From a virus (taxonomy: Duplodnaviria > Heunggongvirae > Uroviricota > Caudoviricetes): DNA of 12,201 bases. Positions 6,379 to 12,201 of the stretch are shown here, piece by piece (within the stretch, counting starts at the first letter, position 1; the number at the start of each line of letters is the position of its first letter). Where the stretch lies: IMG/VR virus record IMGVR_UViG_2878528002_000001, positions 162,473-174,673 of that record, one strand, 5' to 3'. Below the pieces are notes generated by a model. That model was not told the origin of the DNA. It saw nothing but the letters and a program-made list of their open reading frames with translations, and made no database searches. The position numbers and the translations under genes are program-made.

Positions 6379-8644
6379 ATGGTTAAATGAAAATACTCTA
6401 GGAATTGATATTTGGAGAAACAAATATCAGTATAACAATGAATCTTTTGATGAGTGGATTCAAAGGGTTTCTGGCGGTAATAAAGACATTGCAAAATTAA
6501 TTAAAGAAAAAAAATTTCTATTCGGAGGAAGAATTCTTGCCAATAGAGGACTTGAAAATGAAGGCAGAAAGATTAGCTTGTCTAATTGTTATGTAATTGC
6601 ACCTCCGGAAGATAATATTGAGAGTATTTTTGATTGTGCAAAAAAATTAGCACGTACATATAGTTACGGTGGCGGATGCGGCGTAGATATTAGCAAACTC
6701 TCTCCAAGAGGGGCGAAAGTAAATAATGCCGCTAAAGAAACATCTGGCTCTGTTTCGTTTATGGATTTGTACTCAATGGTAACAGGTTTGATCGGACAAG
6801 CCGGAAGGCGTGGGGCATTAATGCTTAGTATTTCATGTGAACATCCAGACCTTGAAGAATTTATAGAAATTAAATCAGATCTTAATCGTATAACTAAAGC
6901 CAATATTTCAATTCGAATTACTGATAAGTTTATGGCAGCCGTAAAAAACAAACAGCCATTTGAATTATCTTTTACAAGACTTGAAACCGGAGAAACAATC
7001 ACAAAAACGATTGATGCATATTCTATGTTTCATAAAATGTGTGAAATGAACTGGGACTACGCAGAACCAGGAATGCTTTTCTGGGATAGAATTAATAATT
7101 GGAATTTACTCAGTTGTGACGATGATTTTGAATATGCAGGAACAAATCCTTGTGCAGAAGAACCTCTTCCAGCCGGAGGATCATGCTTACTTGGTAGTAT
7201 TAACTTATCTGAATTTGTTAAAGAAGATAAGCAGTTTGATTTTGAATCATTCAAGGACTGTGTAGATAAATCCGTAATTGCTTTAAACGAAGTATTAGAC
7301 GAAGGATTACCACTTCATCCATTAAAAGAACAAAGGGAATCTGTTTATAATTGGAGACAGATTGGGTTAGGCATTTTTGGACTTGCTGATATGTTAATTA
7401 AAATAGGAATTACATATGGAAGTAACGAATCTATAGAATTATGTGACCTTATTGGTCACGTAATGGCAGATCAAGCAATTAAAACATCAGCATTACTCGC
7501 AAAAAAAGAATCCCCATATCCAATGTATAAACCAGAATGCATTGAACAGTCTGCATTTTATAGTAAAAATGCATTGGGAGAAACCAAAACTCTCGTTGAA
7601 TCTTTTGGATTACGAAATTCTCAACTTTTAACAATTGCACCAACTGGAAGTTTATCTACAATGCTTGGAGTTTCCGGAGGGATTGAACCAGTTTTTGCAA
7701 ATTATTACACAAGGAAGACAGAATCCCTTAAAGGGCATGATGAATATTATAAGGTTTATACTCCAATTGTAGAAGAGTATATGACAAAAAATAATATTTC
7801 TGATGATACAGAATTACCAGAATTCTTTATTACAGCACAAAATTTGAATTACCATAATAGAATTTCTATGCAAGGCATTTGGCAATCACATATTGATGCT
7901 TCAATTAGTTCTACTGTAAATCTTCCAGAATCAGCAACGATTGCCGATGTTGAAAATTTATATATGGAAGCATGGGAAAATGGATTAAAAGGTGTCACCA
8001 TTTTTAGAGACGGATGTAAGAGACTCGGCATTTTAACCACAAATGACAAAAAAGAAAAAGTAGAAGAAAAGTCTTCTAATAACAAAATCAGTGAATCTGA
8101 TTTGCCACGCGGATATATCATTACGGCAGATGATAACGTAGTTGGATTAAAACGTAAAATCATGTCTGGATGTGGAAGTTTACATGTTGTTGCAATGTTT
8201 GACCCTGTATCTGGGGAGTTACTTGAAACGTATCTTTCTAAAGGATCAACAGGAGGATGTCAGTCAAATCTTGCTGCCGTTTCACGTCTTATCTCGCTTG
8301 CCGCACGAGCTGGAGTTGATGTGTACACCATTGCTGATCAGCTCCAAAGTTGTACTGCGTGTCCTTCATATGTTGGAAGAACCATGACAAAACACGATAC
8401 AAGTAGAGGTAAATGTTGCCCGGACGCTGTTGCTAATGCATTAATTGACATGTACAGAGAAATGCAAAAAAACATCAATGATGAAGAAGATATTACTACT
8501 CAGGCAAAAAAAATGACACATAAAACCAGTTCTAATAAGAAAAACATTAAAACTAAAAATCCATGTCCTGTATGTGGAGAAGAGCTGATTTTTGAAGGTG
8601 GTTGTAATGTTTGCAAATCATGCGGTTGGAGCAAGTGTGACTGA
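6365..8644 (+). CDS. nrdJ: Class II adenosylcobalamin-dependent ribonucleotide reductase (759 aa)
   Basis: SD AGGAGG 6352-6357 supports ATG 6365. SNCYV, GGGCG, TNPCAEEPL (N-C-E active site), CLLGSINL, IAPTGSLS, SGGIEP, SISSTVN. KGVTIFRDG lacks the class I Tyr-Tyr pair and no beta subunit is adjacent. Cys-rich C-terminal domain plus Zn ribbon. Confidence 0.93.
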   Translation: MNVNEWLNENTLGIDIWRNKYQYNNESFDEWIQRVSGGNKDIAKLIKEKKFLFGGRILANRGLENEGRKISLSNCYVIAPPEDNIESIFDCAKKLARTYSYGGGCGVDISKLSPRGAKVNNAAKETSGSVSFMDLYSMVTGLIGQAGRRGALMLSISCEHPDLEEFIEIKSDLNRITKANISIRITDKFMAAVKNKQPFELSFTRLETGETITKTIDAYSMFHKMCEMNWDYAEPGMLFWDRINNWNLLSCDDDFEYAGTNPCAEEPLPAGGSCLLGSINLSEFVKEDKQFDFESFKDCVDKSVIALNEVLDEGLPLHPLKEQRESVYNWRQIGLGIFGLADMLIKIGITYGSNESIELCDLIGHVMADQAIKTSALLAKKESPYPMYKPECIEQSAFYSKNALGETKTLVESFGLRNSQLLTIAPTGSLSTMLGVSGGIEPVFANYYTRKTESLKGHDEYYKVYTPIVEEYMTKNNISDDTELPEFFITAQNLNYHNRISMQGIWQSHIDASISSTVNLPESATIADVENLYMEAWENGLKGVTIFRDGCKRLGILTTNDKKEKVEEKSSNNKISESDLPRGYIITADDNVVGLKRKIMSGCGSLHVVAMFDPVSGELLETYLSKGSTGGCQSNLAAVSRLISLAARAGVDVYTIADQLQSCTACPSYVGRTMTKHDTSRGKCCPDAVANALIDMYREMQKNINDEEDITTQAKKMTHKTSSNKKNIKTKNPCPVCGEELIFEGGCNVCKSCGWSKCD

Positions 8645-8659
8645 TTGTAATTAATGAAA

Positions 8660-8686
8660 ACGGAGAGTTATTCTTTAGCTCTCCGT
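8660..8686. terminator. Stem-loop after nrdJ (terminator or mRNA-stabilising hairpin)
   Basis: ACGGAGAGTTA-ttctt-TAGCTCTCCGT: 11-bp stem with one G-U. No U-tract on + (AATTAAAA follows); TTTCATT follows on the minus strand. Confidence 0.55.
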
Positions 8687-8708
8687 AATTAAAAGGAGCG
8701 AATAAAAT

Positions 8709-9032
8709 ATGAAAAATTTATCACCTAAAACTTATATTGGCAATGAAAATATGTCCGAAAAAGCATATACGAAAGCCGGATTTTACTCAAAATCCAATAC
8801 ATATGACATGTCATTTTACCTCTATAAAGATATTGTAAAAGCCTCAATTTCAATCGACAAAGAAGATTTCGAAATGTCCGTAGATGTCACGCACAATGAT
8901 AATATGTTCGCTCCATTTTATAATCCAGATGATCGTCATAATAACATGGTTTATGAGAAATCCGTAAAAGAATATAACAGACAAATGGATGCATTGGTCA
9001 AAAAAGGAGTGCTTATTTGTGAAAGTGATTAA
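8709..9032 (+). CDS. Hypothetical protein (107 aa)
   Basis: AAGGAG SD 8693-8698; ATG 8709; no reliable motif. Confidence 0.78.
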   Translation: MKNLSPKTYIGNENMSEKAYTKAGFYSKSNTYDMSFYLYKDIVKASISIDKEDFEMSVDVTHNDNMFAPFYNPDDRHNNMVYEKSVKEYNRQMDALVKKGVLICESD

Positions 9033-9288
9033 CCGTGGAGATAAGCTTTTCTGGGCGCGAATTGTACCCTGTTGTGGAATCTATGAAGTCCATGATTTGC
9101 ATGTCAGAACAGTCGGAAAAGACTATTATGTCGGCGTAGATAAACACGATAAACATACATATTTACTAGGATTCAATACACTTGATGACGTTGTTTTCGA
9201 AGACAGAAAACAAGCTTTGAGCAAAGTTCATGCCGCTGAAAAGAATAAAATTGAGGTGGATTCCGATACATATTATGAAGAATATTGA
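9019..9288 (+). CDS. Hypothetical protein (89 aa), predicted beta-rich
   Basis: AAAGGAG in 9003-9009 supports GTG 9019 rather than ATG 8989; alternating hydrophobic pattern suggests a small beta barrel. Confidence 0.75.
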   Translation: MKVINRGDKLFWARIVPCCGIYEVHDLHVRTVGKDYYVGVDKHDKHTYLLGFNTLDDVVFEDRKQALSKVHAAEKNKIEVDSDTYYEEY

Positions 9289-9299
9289 GGGTGTTTATT

Positions 9300-9434
9300 A
9301 TGAATAGATTACACATTATTATGGCATGGATTGTATGTGGCGCGGTTGCAATTTGTGGGTTATATACGAATAATCTTGAAGCTGTCGCGATGTTGGCACT
9401 ACCATTCATTATGTATATGACCCGCGTTAGATAG
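9300..9434 (+). CDS. Small hydrophobic protein, two possible TM helices (44 aa), not in ORF track
   Basis: GAGGGTG SD 9287-9293; hand translation MNRLHIIMAWIVCGAVAICGLYTNNLEAVAMLALPFIMYMTRVR*; fills the 9289-9446 gap. Confidence 0.7.
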   Translation: MNRLHIIMAWIVCGAVAICGLYTNNLEAVAMLALPFIMYMTRVR

Positions 9435-9446
9435 GAGGATAATTTA

Positions 9447-9674
9447 ATGGAAGTAGATTATAAGTTAGCCGTTAAAAATGGTATAGATTCTTTGATGAAA
9501 GGATTCGATGACACGGCTAATGACATATTACAAAAACATGGAATTTCTGAAGACATAGACACCTTTCTTAAAGATGCGAATGAGGCGGAATTAATCTGGT
9601 TTTGGAGCCATATTATACCTATTCGTAGTGATAAAGAGGGGAATTATTATATTGGAAATTATGAATATCAATAG
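9447..9674 (+). CDS. Hypothetical acidic protein (75 aa)
   Basis: AGGAGG SD 9433-9438 before ATG 9447. Confidence 0.75.
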   Translation: MEVDYKLAVKNGIDSLMKGFDDTANDILQKHGISEDIDTFLKDANEAELIWFWSHIIPIRSDKEGNYYIGNYEYQ

Positions 9675-9726
9675 AAGCAAAATAGGAAATCATAGACTTA
9701 TTAATAGTATCGAGGAGAATTGAATT

Positions 9727-10242
9727 ATGGCAAAAAGAGTAGCAAAATTTGAAAAAGTATCAAAGGAACAGTTTGTTAAAGATTGGCAGCATGAATTTAT
9801 GGGATCAGAAGAGTGGGCAGGGATGGTATATGATCGCATCAAATTACCACAGAGGGCAACAAAATTTTCTGCCGGATATGATTTCTTTTCACCACTTGAT
9901 TTCACATTAGAACCAGGCAAGACAATCAAAATTCCAACAGGAATCCGTTGTGGAATGAATATAGACTGGGTATTGCAATGCTATCCTCGCAGTGGGTTAG
10001 GATTTAAGTATAGAGAAATGCTTTCCAATACGGTCGGAATCATTGATGCCGATTATTACTACAGTGATAATGAGGGGCATATTTTTGCAAAGATTGTGAA
10101 TGCAGGTGATAAACCACTACATATTAAATCTGGAGATGGTTTTATACAAGGGATTTTTTTGGAATACGGAATTGTAGAGGATGACCATGTAGAAACGACT
10201 AGAAATGGTGGAGTTGGAAGTACGGATAAAAACAAAGGGTGA
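9727..10242 (+). CDS. dut: Trimeric dUTP diphosphatase
   Basis: All five dUTPase motifs: SAGYDF, PRSG, GIIDADYY, GDGFIQG, RNGGVGSTD; GAGGAG SD 9712-9717. Confidence 0.95.
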   Translation: MAKRVAKFEKVSKEQFVKDWQHEFMGSEEWAGMVYDRIKLPQRATKFSAGYDFFSPLDFTLEPGKTIKIPTGIRCGMNIDWVLQCYPRSGLGFKYREMLSNTVGIIDADYYYSDNEGHIFAKIVNAGDKPLHIKSGDGFIQGIFLEYGIVEDDHVETTRNGGVGSTDKNKG

Positions 10243-10385
10243 TAAATATCGAAGTAAAAGATATAGATTCCATTCTCAGCAATGAGAAAGGAGCAATGAT
10301 TATTATTAGTATATTATATGAAAAAGGGATTATAAATAGTAAAACATATGATAATATTATGAAAAAATATACTAACAATACATAA
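10239..10385 (+). CDS. SHOCT-like small protein (48 aa) upstream of integrase, not in ORF track
   Basis: Hand translation from GTG 10239 (GTGA overlap with dut stop): MINIEVKDIDSILSNEKGAMIIISILYEKGIINSKTYDNIMKKYTNNT*. LYEKGIINSKTYDNIMKKY fits the SHOCT pattern L..G.I...Y/F...K. Confidence 0.65.
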   Translation: MINIEVKDIDSILSNEKGAMIIISILYEKGIINSKTYDNIMKKYTNNT

Positions 10386-10392
10386 AATACAA

Positions 10393-10421
10393 TTGAAAAT
10401 AAGGCTTATTTTATATATAAT
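10393..10421 (+). promoter_or_regulatory. Sigma-A/70-type promoter for the recombinase
   Basis: TTGAAA (10393-10398), 17-nt spacer, TATAAT (10416-10421); SD AAGGAG 10449-10454 and ATG 10462 follow. Confidence 0.8.
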
Positions 10422-10445
10422 CATATATAAAATAGGCTTTATTTT
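10396..10445. repeat. 50-bp imperfect inverted repeat (23-bp arms, 4-nt loop AATC); possible intrinsic terminator/operator
   Basis: AAAATAAGGCTTATTTTATATAT-aatc-ATATATAAAATAGGCTTTATTTT: 21 Watson-Crick pairs plus 2 G-T; right arm ends in a T-tract. Confidence 0.85.
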
Positions 10446-10461
10446 TGAAAGGAGATAACAC

Positions 10462-12201
10462 ATGGAGAATTCAGCAATAAATACACTTCCATTTTATAAT
10501 ACACCTCTTGATAGAAATAGCCCTAGGAATATGGTATTCTACGGAAGAGTATCTACTGAACACGAAGCACAACTTTCAGCTTTACAAAATCAAATACAAT
10601 GGTATGACGACCAATTAAAATCACATCCCAATTGGAATCTAGTTGAACGATATATTGACGAAGGAATTACTGGTACACAGGCAAAAAAACGTCCTGGATT
10701 CCTTAATATGATTGATGATGCGAAAAAAGGAAAATTCGATTTAATCGTAACAAGAGAAGTATGTCGTTTTGCACGAAACACAGTTGATACACTCATATAC
10801 ACCCGAGAATTAAAAAACAAATATAATATAGAAGTTTATTTTGTAGATGATAACATTTGGACTATGGACGGTGATGGCGAACTACGTCTTACTTTGATGG
10901 CAACATTAGCGCAGGAAGAAAGTAGAAAAACATCTGATCGAGTTAAAGCCGGGCAAAAAGTAAGTAGAGAAAACGGGGCGCTGTATGGTAATGGCAATAT
11001 TTTAGGATATGATCGAGTAGGAGATACTTATATAATAAACGAAGAACAAGCAGAAACAGTTAGAATGATATATGATATGTATCTAAACAAAGGATTAGGT
11101 TCTATGAAAATTGCAAAGGAGCTTTCTATACAGAAACGAAAAAATGCCAGTGGTAATATAAAGTGGAGTGCAGAGCGTGTTATGCGTGTACTAAAAAAAT
11201 CAACGTATGCTGGTATTATTGCTTACGGTCAATCGCATAGTAATAATTATTTGGAACAAAAAAGAATTAACAACTTGAATCGTGATACATATATGTATCA
11301 AAAAATAGATATTCCCGTTATTATCCCAAAAGAAGAATGGGACAAAGTGCAAGAAATCATCGCTAGTCGTACCCAAAAAATGGGTGATGACTTGCGTGGT
11401 AAAAAAGAAGTAAAAGAATTTTGGAGCAAAAAGCTTCTATGTAAATGTGGCAGCTCGTTTAGACGTAATAAATGGAGAACTAATAAAACAGGTGAAGAAG
11501 TGTTTGGTTATCAATGTCAACGTCAAATAAATTATGGAAGTAAACAGTTTAGAGAAAAGAACGGGCTAGATACTGAAGGATATTGTGATATCAGAATGGT
11601 TGCTGACTGGAAACTTGATATGATGGCAAAAATTATCATTGAGCAAATTTGGAAGAACAAAGGAGAATCTATCATATTGGCGTTAAAAATGATTGCTGAT
11701 AATTATGAAGAAGATGTTTCTCCTGTCAAAAAAAACAATAAAGAAATCGAACTCAAAATAGAAAAATTACAAAATCGCATGAAAAACTTAATCGAAATGA
11801 GAGCTGATGGAGAAATTACAAAAGAGGATTTTACAGAATTTAAAAATTCCATCAATGATCAGATATCTATCTTAAATTCTGAATTGGTTATAGAAGAAAT
11901 AGAATCTGATAAACCGGAATCCATAGAAAAGAAAATTGATACTATTCGTCAAATAATAGATGAATCTATAGATTTTTCACAGCCAAAACTACCAAGATAT
12001 ATTATTGATCGTTTTATTTCAAAGGTCGTTGTTCTTGATAATAACAAATTTAGATGGTATCTCACATTAGGAGATAACCCAGATGATGACATGTATATAG
12101 ATGCTCAAGTAGAAGGACGAAAAAACAACAGTTCAGTGCAAATATTAAGCAGTGAAGATAGCCTACTTACCTTCCATAGCAGCACAGGCAGCAATCGCTG
12201 A
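10462..12201 (+). CDS. Large serine recombinase (phage integrase), 579 aa
   Basis: Catalytic YGRVST (Ser31), YIDEGITGT, RPGF...KFDLIV, RFARN, AQEESRKTSDRV; recombinase domain (LGYD, YAG...YG); Zn ribbon LLCKCG...YQC...C; long coiled coil. Confidence 0.95.
   Translation: MENSAINTLPFYNTPLDRNSPRNMVFYGRVSTEHEAQLSALQNQIQWYDDQLKSHPNWNLVERYIDEGITGTQAKKRPGFLNMIDDAKKGKFDLIVTREVCRFARNTVDTLIYTRELKNKYNIEVYFVDDNIWTMDGDGELRLTLMATLAQEESRKTSDRVKAGQKVSRENGALYGNGNILGYDRVGDTYIINEEQAETVRMIYDMYLNKGLGSMKIAKELSIQKRKNASGNIKWSAERVMRVLKKSTYAGIIAYGQSHSNNYLEQKRINNLNRDTYMYQKIDIPVIIPKEEWDKVQEIIASRTQKMGDDLRGKKEVKEFWSKKLLCKCGSSFRRNKWRTNKTGEEVFGYQCQRQINYGSKQFREKNGLDTEGYCDIRMVADWKLDMMAKIIIEQIWKNKGESIILALKMIADNYEEDVSPVKKNNKEIELKIEKLQNRMKNLIEMRADGEITKEDFTEFKNSINDQISILNSELVIEEIESDKPESIEKKIDTIRQIIDESIDFSQPKLPRYIIDRFISKVVVLDNNKFRWYLTLGDNPDDDMYIDAQVEGRKNNSSVQILSSEDSLLTFHSSTGSNR
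12178..12201 (+). other. Putative attachment junction / ppdK-like 3' tail overlapping the integrase stop
   Basis: 12179-12201 is 14/23 G+C in an otherwise AT-rich window and reads GCA GCA CAG GCA GCA ATC GCT GA = AAQAAIA in another frame, like the PPDK C-terminus (..PIARLAAAQAA..). Only 7 codons visible. Confidence 0.55.

Larger units (their letters stand above)
1..12178 (+). mobile_element. Segment of a large temperate phage/prophage (nucleotide-metabolism arm ending in a serine integrase)
   Basis: All credible genes are on + with short or overlapping junctions; many 45-110 aa hypothetical ORFs; ligase, thyA, kinase, nucleotidase, nrdJ and dut are clustered as in large phages rather than dispersed as in chromosomes; terminal LSR. 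The left boundary is outside the window and the right boundary is inferred. Confidence 0.85.

Noticed and set aside
2487-6514. A8 runs (2487-2494, 6507-6514) as slippage or phase-variation sites
   Set aside because: Expected in Lys-rich AT-rich genes; frames are intact and no alternative product is evident.
2109-8644. Introns, inteins or homing endonucleases in thyA or nrdJ
   Set aside because: Both frames are continuous with normally spaced motifs (NPCAEEPL intact); no LAGLIDADG, HNH or GIY-YIG signature seen.
1600-9019. Longest-ORF starts given by the track (1600, 1850, 2073, 4240, 6181, 6311, 8989) and the internal start 164
   Set aside because: Downstream starts with well-spaced SD sequences fit better (1621 is the least certain); ligA is open to the window edge.
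8709-9032. Vague resemblance to the N-terminal part of Firmicute MmcQ/YjbR proteins
   Set aside because: Only a loose pattern of aromatic/hydrophobic residues; not supportable without a profile search.
10396-10445. Palindrome as attP
   Set aside because: Size fits an LSR site, but the G-U-only asymmetry, embedded promoter and better junction candidate at about 12178 favour a regulatory role. Demoted, not excluded.
712-10820. All minus-strand ORFs in the track (712-981, 1282-1560, 2432-2740, 3019-3252, 3927-4160, 6207-6494, 6664-7002, 7057-7254, 7849-8163, 9173-9409, 9690-9929, 10590-10820)
   Set aside because: Each lies antisense to credible plus-strand genes, mostly ones with clear motifs, and shows no recognisable domain; typical shadow ORFs.
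1-12201. CRISPR arrays, tRNA/rRNA genes, IS elements, long tandem repeats
   Set aside because: None seen; the window is almost fully coding and no intergenic gap shows repeat-spacer periodicity or a cloverleaf.

Overview
This is an AT-rich, tightly packed, entirely plus-strand stretch of a large temperate phage or prophage from a Firmicute host (probably Clostridia/Lachnospiraceae-like, inferred from the protein families). The layout resembles the replication/nucleotide arm of SPbeta-type phages. Gene order: 5'-truncated NAD-dependent DNA ligase, His-less HPr-like protein, thymidylate synthase, a two-gene cassette of unknown function, guanylate-kinase-like protein, HAD 5'(3')-deoxyribonucleotidase, small ORFs, class II (B12) ribonucleotide reductase, more small ORFs, dUTPase, a 48-aa SHOCT-like ORF, then a large serine recombinase (LSR). 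Three small ORFs missing from the supplied track were found by hand (6014-6181, 9300-9434, 10239-10385). The most interesting signals surround the integrase. (i) A 50-bp palindrome holds a near-consensus sigma-A promoter and could also act as a terminator. (ii) The SHOCT-like gene is a candidate directionality factor. (iii) The last 23 nt of the integrase are GC-rich and read AAQAAIA in another frame, like the C-terminus of pyruvate phosphate dikinase. This suggests the attachment site lies inside the integrase stop region and inside host ppdK, so recombination would swap the C-terminal tails of both proteins. All family assignments come from motif recognition by eye; no searches were run.
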